This document shows, piece by piece, positions 1-12,669 of a stretch of 64,000 nucleotides of DNA (position 1 is the first letter of the stretch; each line of letters begins with the position of its first letter). The DNA comes from Paraspadella gotoi (lineage: Eukaryota > Animalia > Chaetognatha): contig CM119267.1 of the NCBI GenBank assembly GCA_051294375.1, positions 24,110,111 through 24,174,110 on the forward strand, read 5' to 3'. Position numbers and translations under genes: made by a program. The notes beneath the pieces are model-generated. The model was not told where the DNA came from. It saw only the letters and a list, made by a program, of their open reading frames with translations, and ran no database searches.

Positions 1-319
1 GGCTGCGTTGGGGAGATAGATAAGGGGAAAGATAGAAAGAGCATAGTGGAGCGTAGTAGAGCATAGTAGGGTAACGGAACTAAATATCAACCAGAATTCA
101 CTTTGTCTCCTCCAAAATAGGTATTTGAAAATATTTAACACTAGTTTTTAATTAAGGTAACTAGTTTTTCAAATAGAACACTATACAAGTGCAAAAATAA
201 CATACCCTGTACGAAGTCAGGGACAAGTTAGCTTATTAGCAGTATTAATGTTATACAAGAAACAGTGATCCAGTGATAAAACGAAACAACAACAACAACA
301 AAAACAACGAAATTTCCCG

Positions 320-678
320 ACCGGCTGCTGCGTCGCCGGCGGCGGCAGCAGCTTCCCGCAGGACGGATCGAGGACGACGTCGCGACCGAACATTTGAGAG
401 ACGGGGAAAGAGAGATCCGGGCGTACCTGAAAATAAGGGGGGAGGAAGGGGGGTGGAGGGAGAGAGGGAGGAGGAACAGGGCAGGGAAAAGAGGGCGAAG
501 GGACAGAGAAGGGAAGCGAGGGAAGCAGATAGAGAGGAAATCAAAGAGGAAAGGACGGAGAGAGGTAGGAAAAAAATAGGGATAGAGAAGAGGGAGAGGG
601 ATAGAGATAAGGATAAGGATAAAGATAGGAGAAAAGCAGAAAATAATAGAAAGGAAAGGAATGGAATTAATTTCAGTA

Positions 679-737
<59 letters not shown>

Positions 738-1821
738 ATTTGACCAACCGGAGTCTTGAAGAACTCGTTCGGCACTGGACACTTGTAGTCGAGCCAAAAA
801 TCGAACCGATCGATTGTCCCCTGGAATTTCTTGAAGTCGATCTCTTTGGCGTTGCCATTGACGACGGCGACCTTGTCCCTTTGCGTCCCGAAGAGATACT
901 TGGGCGAGTAGACGGGAAGAGGGTCTTTGACTTTCTATATAAATAGATAAGGGTTTATTTATATTATTATATTATATTATTATTTATATTTATAAATTCA
1001 TGTTGGAAAAAGATGATTTTATGCATTTTCGCTGAATGAACATTGTTCAGTCTGAAATAAATGATCATATTTGCCTTGATTGAAAGCTTCTTATTCTGTA
1101 AGAAGGATGAAGGCTTTAACTAAATATAGCCTGTCCAAAGTCAGAGGCAAGAAATGAGGCGCTCTCGGAAAAGAGTGCCTAGGAAGCGGTCACTGAAGGT
1201 CCGCAGCCCATACACCAGTTGGTGAAATGCCCCGCGCCCCGAGTATCACAGGCAATCCTCCCGTTGCCATAGCGTCACATTAAAGTTCTTGGTTTCCCTA
1301 CCGTTCAGCTCCACTGCTGCGGCTTTGCTATTTCGCCCAAGGCTTACAGACCATACATCTTGCTTGGTCGCCTCACCCCTTGTTCGAGCATGTAATCCGC
1401 ACGGTCCTTATCGTTGAGCTCAGCCTGAGACATGTTGTTGATCGCCATGTACCCGGGGAGCTTCAGTTGGTCTTCCTTTACCAATCTCTCTGGGAAAGAG
1501 AGAGAGAGTGAGAGAGTGAGAGGCAGACATAAAAGATGGGTAAAAGAGGGTTTTTATTCTGCAAAAAGTACTGAATTTCCTTCATTATTAATAAATAAAT
1601 TTATTTTATTTAAATATTTTTTATTAGCTACTTTTATCGCCTTTCTCACCTCTCCTGCTCTTGTACAGCGCTGCACAGATAAATATGTCCACCGGTTTAT
1701 CTCGAGGAATTTTCATGTCCAAATTTTTTTGAATTAATTTCGCTTGAAGATTTTGATTAGCGCCGTCGTACTTGAAATTGGCGGGCTTCATCCTTTGAGA
1801 ATCGATAAAAGAGTAAATGAA

Positions 1822-1853
<32 letters not shown>

Positions 1854-1989
1854 AAATAGGAATAAACAAATAAGATGAATAAAATAAATAAATAAATTAA
1901 ATAAATAAATAATAAATAAATAAATAAATAAATAAAAAATAAATAAATAAAATAAATAAATAAATAAATAAATAAATTAAAAAAAATAA

Positions 1990-2049
<60 letters not shown>

Positions 2050-2268
2050 AAATAAATAAATAATAATTAAATAAATAAATAAACAAAATAAAAAATAATA
2101 AATAAATAAATAAATAATAAATAAATAAATAAATAAATAAATAATAAAAAATAAATAAATAAATAAATAATAAATAAATAAATAAATAAATAAATAAAAA
2201 AAATAAATAAATAAATAAATAAATAAATAACAAATAAATTAATAAATAAAAATAAATAAATATAAATA

Positions 2269-2312
<44 letters not shown>

Positions 2313-2351
2313 ATAAATAAATAAAAATAAATAAATAAATAAATAAATATA

Positions 2352-2394
<43 letters not shown>

Positions 2395-3900
2395 ATTTAA
2401 AAAAAAAGAGAGAAAGGGAACCAAGGGGGAGAAAAATATAAAATAATTAACAAAAAAAATGACAGAACGAGAATTATTCTTATATACTATAAAGTCATGA
2501 ACCTAAATATTTAAAACAAAATATGAAAATAAAACTTAATGCCCAACAAACTTAACGATAACTCAATATACTTTTTGGTTTTGTTAATGACGACTCACTC
2601 ATAACCCTGTAGGTACAATTTGAACGGTTCCAGCTGTAAAATGAGCTCGGGGGTGTCCGGCGCGTTCTCATCGTCATAAATTGAAAATAAGGTCATTCCG
2701 GGAGCTGATGAACAAAAGAGCAAATCAAGTAAAGGACAGGATAATTAAAATTACAGAATAGTAAAATAGTAAAGTTTTGTCTAAAACTCAAGCAATGTTA
2801 AAAGATATCAATAAAAGTATAAAAGATAAAAGAATAAGGATATAAATCTTATACAGCACCTCCCTAGTAAATTAATTAGTCGTAAGAAAATACGAAACTG
2901 ACAAGTCAATTAATTTTAGATTTGATCGAACGATAAGGATAATGAAATCCATAATAACCATTTCTGCTGAACGGCATCCTAAATTGCCGGATTTTTATTA
3001 AATTTCTGAATTTTTTTTCACAAAATGATCGCGTCTTATTCACTGATTTTGTAAACGAAGTGATAGTTTTGTTTATTTATTTCAAAAGCTAACAGGACCT
3101 TTTTAACCTAACTTTACTATTTTCACACAAAAATATCATCAAACGACTTCGCGCGATTGGCTCAAATTTTTACATTTTAAATTGAAGTCTCTTTAAAAAA
3201 ATGGAGACCTGCGTGCGGAGCTGTTGAAGGTATGGTGACCGTGATTCGAAACACAAAAGATTTGTAAACTCGATTTTGTACTAAAAATAAAAAATAATAA
3301 TAAAATATCGATGTCAATTTCTATATTTCTTAGTCATTTTCGTATTTAAAAAAAAATGTATAATTCGATTGTGCCTTCATCTCGCATATCAATCCGTTCT
3401 CGCTCACATATTGTGTTGTAAAGATGCTCCCTCTATTTCTAAAAGACAACACTAACATCCCTCTCCCCATTGCATTATGAAAAGAATATAATTAAATTTA
3501 ATATATAGTAAAATATAATAAATTTTTATATTTATTTTTAAATTGAATTTTATAGTAAAACAATTGACTTGACTTGAACTGACCGGAAATGACTTGCCTG
3601 GACCTGAACTGACCCGACGCTACCTGACCTGACCTGACCCGACACTACTTGACCTGACCTGACCCGACGCTACCTGACCTAACCTAACCCGACCCAAAGC
3701 TACCAGAATAGACTTGACCTGACCCGACGCTACCTTACCAGACCCGACCTGAAGCTACCTGACCTGACCTGACCTGACCCGACTCTACCTGACCTGACCT
3801 CTGTCGGTGAAATAATCTTTTCCGTTAACGTAAAAATATCCATTTCCCTCGAATATCATTCCGCATTTTTTGGAGCCTGAAAATTTAAACATTGAGAAAC

Positions 3901-3981
<81 letters not shown>

Positions 3982-4645
3982 TCTCTCTCTCTCTCTTCTC
4001 ACCTTCAGCGGCTTGAAGTTACCTTCGACGATCTTTTAAACCTGTACAGCGCATCGCGATGTTTGATTATATCATATAATGATTGTAAATTTGTAATACT
4101 ACTTAAATTTCTATATTGACAGACTGACAGACAGATGAACACACCTACTATTTCGCACAGTTTAGTTTTGTATAGTTAGAAGCAATATACCTTTTGTTTA
4201 TTTTTTAAATATATTATAATACACAAGAACTGGCTTTTAATTTCAAGAAACCGCGTCGCGCTCTACTTTCTCTTCCTTCTCTCTTTTTTGCGTCTTCGAT
4301 GTCGTTGTTTCTGTCTTTGTTTTCCTTTTTGTTCTTCTTCTTCCTCTTTGTTTTTCTCCGTTTCCTCGTCCGTCCGCTTCACGAAGGATTTCTGTCGTTG
4401 TTGTTGTTGTTGTCGTGTTTCTTCTTCCACGAGATCAACGAGACTTTTAAAATCTTTTTGAATTTTTGCGACTTCGTTTGAAAGAAGACGATTTCGGGGG
4501 AAGGCTGGGGGGTGGGTAGATGGGTGGGTGGGTGGGTGGATGGATGGATATATGAATAGATACATGGATGGATGGACGGACTGACTCTCTTACCTTCTCC
4601 GAAACGTAAGAGAGCGAGCAACAGCAGAATAAGAGTCAACCGCAT
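320..4645 (-). CDS. PXL1: multi-exon signal peptide + coiled-coil/basic + pentraxin/LamG-like protein (3' end unresolved, probably continues off-window)
   Basis: GT-AG exons: 4645-4594 [17 protein letters not shown]; 4504-4267 coiled coil ending [13 protein letters not shown]; 4110-4023 ...LYRFKRSSK; 3876-3799 [17 protein letters not shown]; 2704-2599 [33 protein letters not shown]; 1792-1650 ...[15 protein letters not shown]; 1489-1377; 934-745 YLFGTQRD...[17 protein letters not shown]; 426-~320 [25 protein letters not shown]. One exon (~2800-3200) not located and one phase mismatch (possible homopolymer error). Confidence 0.75.
1040..1330 (-). mobile_element. Diverged copy of interspersed repeat family R1
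   Basis: Shares ttgattgaaagctt and agcctgtccaaagtca blocks with 5930-6435, 22060-22290 and 30575-30840. Confidence 0.5.
1812..2400. repeat. (AAAT)n microsatellite, intronic
   Basis: Directly visible, ~590 bp. Confidence 0.95.
3565..3800. repeat. (GACCT)n-based satellite starting at a PXL1 splice donor
   Basis: acctgacctgacccgacgct variants; reads GTCAGGTCAGGTAG on the minus strand. Confidence 0.85.
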
Positions 4646-5067
4646 TTTTTGTAAAAAAAAACCTTTATTTTAAAAATAACTAAGACGTTTTTCTTTCGAG
4701 CGTCGGTACAAGAGGATGAAAAAAAGGTCATCTTGGAATCATAATAAATCGAGGTGATAATAAGATAATGTAATGTAATGTAATGTAATACAATGAGTAA
4801 AGTTTGAGCTAAAACAAACAATTTTGGCAAAAAAAATGAGGAACGAAATAATTCGACTGTTGAATACATTGATTGATTGATTGATTGATCGATTGATTGA
4901 TTGATTCAATGATTGAATGACTAATTGATTGATTATATAAATGAAAATAATGACTAACGATTTTTGTTCTTAAAGAAAAAATAAATCAAATGCATTTTTT
5001 TTCCAATCTTAATACAAAACCAAATCAAATGAAAAATTCGTGATGAAATAGTTTTCAGAGGTGAAAT

Positions 5068-5145
5068 CGGAGATAACGAAGTTTGGAGATAACGAAGTTT
5101 GGAGATAACGAAGTTTGGAGATAACGAAGTTTGGAGATAACGAAG
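5068..5145. repeat. 16-bp minisatellite GGAGATAACGAAGTTT x5, just past the PXL2 stop
   Basis: Directly visible. Confidence 0.9.
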
Positions 5146-5151
5146 CGAGAG

Positions 5152-5305
5152 TCAGGAATTATCGTCGCTCGCCGACGTCCAGGCTGTGAATGGGTGAAAG
5201 GCTGTGAAAGGCTGTGAACCATCACGATTCACTTTCAATTTTCCTCGACCGGGACGTCCCAAGTTCGAGTCCCAGTAATCCCGGTCCCCATTGACATCAT
5301 CATGG

Positions 5306-5356
<51 letters not shown>

Positions 5357-8300
5357 AGAGAATAAAAATTTCTCAAAACTTAATCCGAACACCACATTAG
5401 GCAAATAAGATTTATAAACTAATTATTTAATTATTAATTAATTAATTAATTAATTATTCACCTACCAAACGATATCCCATCCTCTTTTTCTTCTTCTTCT
5501 TCTACCTCCACCTCTTCCTCTTCCTCTCTTATTCCTCTTTCCTCTTCCACTTCTTCCACTTCTTCCTCCATCTCCTTCTTTCCTCTTTCCTCCACTTCTT
5601 CCTCCATCTCCTTCTTTCCTCTTTCCTCCACTTCTTCCTCCATCTCCTTTTCTCTTTCCTCCTCTTCTTCTTCTTTCTCTTCCTCCTCCTCCTCCTCCTC
5701 CTCCCCCTCTTCCTCCTGCGTCGGCGCCAACGAATAGTCGACCCTTCGGTTGTCGTTTTTGTTCGCCTTCTTCGTCGTCGTCTTCGTCGTCGTCGTCTTC
5801 GTCGTCGTCGTCTTCGTCTTCGTCTTCCCCTTCGTCCCTCTGATCGACGCTTCATTCGTCCTCCTTTTATTCCGGTTCAACGGCCACTGACTTTGTTGTT
5901 GTTGTTGTTGTTTAGAATGAGAAAAATAAAATATACAATTGAAACATTCTTAGAAATATTATGCCACTTTATTGATAGGGAAGCCAAGAACTCTGGGAGT
6001 GAATAAACGAGACTGTGAGAAAGTCTTGATTGAAAGCTTGAAGGGACCTGCTATGTCATTATCTTGTAAGAGTGACGGAGGCCTTAAACCACCAAAGCCT
6101 GTCCAAAGTCATGGGCACGATAGCTTATTTATAAAATGAAAGGATTATGGCAACAGCCGGGTTGCCTGTGATGCCCATTGGGATGGGGCATCTCACTGTT
6201 GGCTTTGGGGGCTTCCGACCGTCAGTGACGCCTCCAGTCACTGGCGCGGTTACCCTAGGACGGTCTCGTTTTGCCAACGCAGAGGGAAGTCGTTAGGATT
6301 GTGTATGGAACACTACGCCTGGGATGGTGTGTTCCCCCTCTGAGCCAATGGATTTGGCAGAAGGATGGTGGACGTGAGGCGTTGTGAATATACCGCCACA
6401 GGATAATCTTTATATTGGTTGTACCAATTTCATAACATTTGACAACTAATTTTTTTTATGAGCCTGAAGCGAGCAAAACCCAGGTTTACTCCGCCTCATG
6501 ATGATCAGGCATCGCTTTCATTTCTCAACTTCCTTAACTGATTTGGTGGAAGCGTCAGAAAAAGTTCCAAGGCTATTATTAGTAACGAAATTCCGTCTTC
6601 AGTCCAATAAGCGCCTTGTTTTCATCCATTCTTTCTCTACTTCTCTCCATTGTTTGTTATTATTCCTGCTTTTCTCCCTCTCTCCCTCCCTCTCCCTCAC
6701 CTTCTATTCTCATTAGCTCCTTCCTCTCCCACTGCACGTCTTCCTCTCCCTCCCCCCCACTCCCTCTCTCCTCACACTTCTTTTCTCAAAAGCTCCTTCC
6801 TCTCCCACTGCCTCTTCTCTTCCTCTCTCTCTCCCTCCCCCACTCCTCTCCCTCACCTTCTATTCTCAATTTCCTCCTTCCTCTCCCTCTCCCTTTCCTC
6901 TCTCTCTCTCTCTCCCTGCTCCCCACTCCCTCTCCTCACCTTCTATTCTCAAAAGCTGCCCTTCCTCTCCCACTACCCTCTCCCCTCACCTTCTATCTCA
7001 TTTCCTCCTTCCTCTCCCACTGCTCTCCTCTCTCTCTTCTCCCTCCCCACTCCCCTCTCCCTCACCTTACTAATTCTCAAGCTCCTTCCTCTCCCCACTG
7101 CCTCTTCCTCTCCTCCCCAGTCCCTCACCTTCTATTCTCATTTCCTCCTTCCTTCTCCCACTGCCTCTTCTCTCTTCTCCCTCCCCCACTCTCTCTCCTC
7201 CTCACCTTCTATTCCTCATTAGCTCCGTTCCTCTCCCACTGCCTCTTCCTCTTTCTCTCCCTCCCCACTCCTCTCCCTCACCGTTCTATTCTCATTAGCT
7301 CCTTCCTCTCCTCTCCCTCTCCTCTCTCTCTCCCTCCCCACTCCTCTCCCTCACCTTCTATTCTCATTAGCTCCTTCCTCTTCCACTGCCTCTTCTCTCC
7401 TCCCCACTCCCTCTCCCTCACCTTCTATTCTCATTAGCTTCCTTCCTCTCCCTCTCCCTCTCCTCTCTTCTCTCTCCTCCACCCACTCCGCTCTCCCTTC
7501 ACCTTCTATTCTCATTAGCTCTCCTCTTCCACTGCTCTTTCTCTCCCTCCCCCACTCCTCTTCCTCCCTTCTATTTCTCATTAGGTCCCTCCTCTCCTCT
7601 CCCTCTCCCTCTCCCCCACTCCCTCTCGCCTCTATTTCTCATTTCCTCCTTCCTCTCCACTGCCTCTCCCTCTTCTCCACTCCCTCTCCCTCACCTTCTA
7701 TTCTCATTAGCTCCTTCCTCTCCTCTCGCCCTCTTCCGCCCCTTTCGCCGCCTCCCTCGTCCTGTTTCCTCTTATAAATATAAAGGGCGACGACGACGAC
7801 GGCGACGACGATGACGACGATGATGAGGATGCAGAAAATGCCGCAGCCGCCGGCGGCGTCGCCTCCTTCTCCTTCTGCGCCTCCTCCGTTTCCGGTCCCG
7901 TTTCCCTTCGATCCGCCGCTCCCGCCTTTTCCGCCTTTCCGGCCATTTTTGCCGCCGCCGGCGCCGGAACCCTGGCGGAGAAAAAAGGAGCGAAAGGGGT
8001 GGGGGGAGAGGCGTCACAAGCTCTGGGTTAAAAAAGGTTAGGCATTAAGATTAGGGATTAAGATTAGGGATTAAGGTTAGGGATTAAGGTTAGGGATTAA
8101 GGTTTGGTATTAAGGTTAGGGATTAAGATTAGGGATTAAAATTAGGGATTAAGATTAGGTATTAAGGTTAGGGATTGAGGTTGGGGATTAAGGTTAGGGA
8201 TTAAGGTTAGGTATTAAAGTTAGGGATTAAGGTTAGGGATTAAGGTTAGGGACTTGGTTTATGATTAGCGTTTAAGGTTAGAGCTTAGGGTTAGAAATTA

Positions 8301-11300
8301 GGGATGAAGGTTTATGGTTAGGATTAGGATTAAGTTAGGATTAGGATTCAGGATTAGGTTAGGATTAGGGATTAATGTTACTGTGGGATTATTGTGAAAA
8401 AAAAGGAAATATCTTGCTATACTTAATTTAATGATAGGAAATCTTATACGACGTTCCGATTAATAAAACCTTAAATACACATCATTATCATGAATTATCA
8501 TATTCTTTCCTTCGACACAGATCACGTGATATCATACATAATTACATTTTTAGGTTTTTTTATAACTTACCATCTTATTTTACAATCCCCGCCGCACTTC
8601 TCCACATCAACCCTTCTATTTCCTTACCCCTTTCCCCTTTAAACAGTCCCTTACCCCGCCATGGCTTGAATGCTTGTGTCTTCCGATGATTGTCCCGCAA
8701 GTTCCAGGCGCGTCGATTCCATCCATGATCTTTAGTTCGGGGACCGGAAATTTGAGGTTGGGCGTCTTGCCCTGGAACGAAGCATAAGAGAAAAGATTTA
8801 TTATCCACTTTCTTTTTTCATTCATTCATTCATTCATTCATTCATTNNNNNNNNNNNNNNNNNNNNNNNNAATTCATTCATTCATCTCCTTTCTCGTGCT
8901 TTCCCGCCTTTCCTCTCCTTCTTCCTCTCTCTCCCTCCCCCTCTTCCTACTGTCCCTCTTCCACTCCCTCTCCCTCCCCTCCTTCTCCCCCTCTCCCTCT
9001 CCTTCTCACCGTGAACTTCTTCAACGAGAATTCCTGCATGAAGTCAGGATTAAGCCACGTGACGACGCTGTCTAAACTTCCAAAGAACGGCGCCGATGGA
9101 AACGTCCTTTTGACGCCGGAGANNNNNNNNNNNNNNNNNNNNNNNNNCTAGGACGTGCGCGCGTCGATTGGGTGCCGAAGTAGTAGATTTGGGCTTCCGA
9201 GACTTGCGTGGGGATCCTCCGGTTTCTGAATGGGGAGGAAGGGCAATGGCAATGAATGGTCTCATTGGGGAGTTGACTCTCTCTCTCTCTCTTCTCTCCC
9301 TCTCTCTCTCATCTCTCTCTCTCTCTCGTCTCTCTCTCTCTCTCAGCTCTCTCTTTCCTTTGTCTGCTTTCTCACCTTCTGTTTGATGAAGGAAAATCCG
9401 TGCGAAGTTTTGTTGTGATTCATTCTCACGTACATGAGCGTAGCCTGTGAGATCGTTGGGTCGCTCCTCCCTCGTGTGAAAGGTAAGTGGGAGAAATACG
9501 GTGTAGTGATTGAACTTTCCTCTCTCTTCATTTTTTGCTTCTCTTTCTCTTCTCTTCCTCCCGCATTATGTCTTTTTCTTCGCGTTCCTCCCTGCCGCCA
9601 GCCATCCTCTCTTTCCTCTCTCTCTCTCGTCTCCTCTCTCCTCCTCCACTCTCTCTCCTCTCGTCTGCTCTCTATCTCCATCTCTTCTATCTCTCTCTGC
9701 TATTTCTTCTCTTCTCTCTCTCTCTCTTCTCTCTCTCTCCTCTCTCTCTCTCTTCTTCTCTCTCTCTCACACACGACACTCAACTCCTGTCAGAAAAAAA
9801 GTGAAGATATATAGTGAGTTTCGGGTCTTTTTCTTCAATGGAATTCGAACACGAGAAGTGAGCCTTGTGATCGTGACTTCCTTCAGACTCTGAAAGAAAG
9901 TAGAAAAAAGAACAGTTAAGACAAACGAAAAAACAGACAGACCATATGGATCAAACATGACAGCCAACAGTTAAAAAGATAGAAACAACTAACAAGTTGT
10001 CGCCCATGAAGTAAAGGATGAAGAAGCGCGACAAAGAAAGACTAGAACAAAAGCAGAGACAGACAGAGACAGATCACTTGTCGCATGAAAGTAAAGGATG
10101 AAGAGCGCGACAAGTAGACTAAACAAAGACAGAGACAGATGAGAGACAGATCACTGGTTGTCGCCCATAGAAGTAAAGATGAAGAGCGCGACAAGTAGAC
10201 TAAAACAAAGAACAGCGACAGACAGAGACAGATCATTTGTCGCCCATGAAGTAAAGGATGAAGAGCGCAACAAGTAGATCTAAAAACAAAGACAGAGACA
10301 TATCCTTGTTGCCTCATGAAGTAAAAAGTGTAAAAGGGCGAGACCTGTGAACGAGGACTTCTGGTCCTTGAATCCATTTCCGTCGTCATAGACCAGAAAG
10401 ATTGAAACAGGCGTCTCTGCGGAAATGGAGGGTGGTGTCTCTGGCTCATGGTTTCTCTCTCTCGACTCTTTCTTTATTATCTCTTCTCTGTCTCCTCTCT
10501 CTCTCAACTTTTCTTTCCCTTTTTCAACAACGTGATCTCATAATCTATCACGAATCCCGCGTATCGTTTTCCCACCGACGGCTTCGAAACACTACGATCT
10601 CTCGCGTGTCCGCCCGCTGCCGTCGAAGGTAATCAACGGCAATCGATGGAGAAAGCTAAAAGGTAAGGAGTGCGGGTGAGGAAGAGGGGGGGGAGTGAAA
10701 CGCAGTGAGAAAAAAAGGGGTGAGGAAAGAAGGGTAATTATTAGTGAAAAAGTTGGGGCGGCCAAGCTACAATCTATCTGCTCTCTCTCCTCTCTCTCTA
10801 TTACTCTATCTCACCTTCGCTTTCTCTCTCCTACCTCCCATCCACAACCCCCATTCTCTCTCCCTCTTCTTCCCCTCCCTCTCCTCCCAAATTACGTGGC
10901 ATCAGTAGTGGTGGGTGGCTTCACTCTTCGCCGCTTTTTTTGTCTCCACTCCTCGCCAACCGGTTTTCGCTTCTCATCCTCTTCCTTCCGCTTCTCCATG
11001 TTTCGAATTTTCGCTTTCTCATTCATTAAATTTCTGCGCTTTCTTTACGACCTCTGCTCCCTAGTTTCTGATTCTGCTCTCTCTTCTCTCCATCGCTTCT
11101 CGATTGTCCGCTGCAATCGTCTTCTCATGCCTCGATCGATCGCTCTCTTCGTCCTTCATCTCCATCGCGCTCCAAATGGCTCGTCGCCCTGCGTCTCGAT
11201 GCTTCGAGAATTTTTCTCCTCTGGTTAACGACCGCTTCTCACGACGAAGATTCGAAAGCGGCAAGGAGCGGGAGGTTCGTCTGAGATGTTGTCGTCGTTT

Positions 11301-11525
11301 GTTTGGAAAGAGGAACTTGTGGGAGGAAGAAGGAAAAAGGAAGACAGAAATTAAAAGAAGGGAAACAAGGATTAAGAGGTGGAAAAAGGAAACTTAACAA
11401 AAAGATAATATTGAATAAATATAGGGACGGACAGACGGACTTACCTCCACTCGACATTGGCAAAAAGAGACGACGACCGAAAATAATACAACAAAACAAA
11501 CCAGCGAGAAGGAATTCCGATGCTT
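5152..11525 (-). CDS. PXL2: type I membrane protein with coiled coil, pentraxin/LamG-like domain, Gly-rich stalk, GCGIFC-TM and acidic tail (indel-damaged in the duplicated part)
   Basis: Signal exon ~11525-11444 (intact in copy 2: MHRNSFSLVVVVVIFVVVSFANVGG); coiled-coil exon with RREKRS; DCVITFDGSGG exon (~10655); SIFxVYDDG exon (~10415); ~9225-9010 YYFGTQ...FFGSLDSVVTWLNP; 8772-8655 GKTPNLKFPVPELKIMDGIDAPGTCGTI; ~7972-7695 GSGAGGG...GGCGIFCILIIVVIVAVVVVALYIYKRKQ; ~5890-5467 NRNKRR...VDYSLAPTQEEE; ~5378-5152 LRNFYSLDDDD...SASDDNS*. Confidence 0.75.
5930..6435 (-). mobile_element. Interspersed repeat family R1 (non-autonomous element), long copy
   Basis: Reverse complement begins atgaaattggtacaaccaatataaa, as at 22062, 28119 and 30576, and shares a ~200-bp block with those copies. 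Confidence 0.65.
6660..7710. repeat. ~55-65-bp CT-rich minisatellite containing the PXL2 exon end and splice donor
   Basis: Unit ctcaccttctattctcattagctccttcctctcccactgcctc recurs many times; minus strand reads GAAGGAGCTAATGAGAATAGAAG|GTGAGG. Confidence 0.9.
8035..8380. repeat. Degenerate TTAGGG-like 13-mer array (GGGATTAAGGTTA)n
   Basis: Directly visible, intronic. Confidence 0.9.
9995..10325. repeat. ~75-bp minisatellite duplicating a PXL2 exon end and donor
   Basis: Unit ttgtcgcccatgaagtaaaggatgaagagcgcgacaagtagactaaaacaaagacagagacagatcac about 4-5x here, about 2x in copy 2 (15935-16030). Confidence 0.85.
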
Positions 11526-12149
11526 ATTTTCTTTCCATCTTCTTTCTAAACCGTAAACGAAGATTAAGGTAAACCAGATTTTTTTCTCTTAAGATTCAGA
11601 ATTAAAAATGGAAATCGAGTTTGAAAGTGTAATGAAAGCGAACGAAGTCGGCTTCGTCATATTGATGACTGTTATCTTCCACGCGACAGTGATCACGAAT
11701 ACAATGGCATCATCAAAGAAAGACACTTGACATATAAATCTTTAAATTTAAATACATGATTAATTTTATTTGAAAAGAGAAAAAACATAAAAAAATGTCA
11801 AAACTAATAATAATTTGGGATATTTAAAAATTAAAATAAAATGGATAAAAAATAAAATAAATATGTATATGAAATAATAAATAATAATAATATCACAATA
11901 ATTTTCCAATTTTAACAACCGATAAGCATGAAAAGTTTGATTTTCTAACAATTTTTTTTATATCACTAGTCGCGACAGCAAAAAAGAAAAATCTACAGTT
12001 CACTCACACTTTTCGTTAATTGTTTTTTTTTCCAGATTGACGTCTGACTTTAATGCAAAACAATCTGTGGACATTAACTAAACTGAAATGTAAACAAACA
12101 CAAAAATGTCTTCTCGAAAAATAAAGACGTCGAATCCTGTCGATTCTGA

Positions 12150-12520
12150 AAGTTAGGGTAGAAGATAAGTTAGTGTAGGTTAGATGATACTAGGCATTAG
12201 AAATTTGGATTAGAGTTAAGTTAGAGATAAGGTTAGAGATTTAGGTTAGTGATTAGGTTTAGTGATTAGTTAGAGATTAGGTTAGAGATAAGGTTAGAGA
12301 TTAGGTTAGAGATTAGGTTAGAGATTAATTAGAGATAAGGTAGGGAATATAGGTTAGAGATTAGGTTAAAGATTAGGTTAGAGATTAGGTTAGAGATTAT
12401 GTTAGAGATTAGGTAGAGGATTAGGTTAGTGATTTAAGTTCGAGATTAGGTTAGAGACATTAGGTTAGAGATTATGGTTAAGGAAGTGGTTTTATGGTTA
12501 GGGTTTAGATTATTAGGGTG
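12150..12520. repeat. (GAGATTAGGTTA)n 12-mer array; second copy at 17805-18170
   Basis: Directly visible. Confidence 0.9.
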
Positions 12521-12669
12521 AGGAATGAAAGATTAAGATAATTTTGGGTTTGGGGGCACAGATCAAGGTTAAATATTATGGTCACAATAGAGGAACAGAA
12601 AATGGGCGCTTGCGGAGAAGAGAGCCATTTTATCTTTCCCCTTCCCCATCCCTCCTCAAACCTTGAATT

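Noticed and set aside
4263-4645. Stand-alone ~98-aa secreted basic peptide ending RRKRK*
   Set aside because: The apparent TAG overlaps a donor (AA|GTAGAG) in phase with the exon at 4110, so it is better read as the N-terminus of PXL1; intron retention is not excluded.
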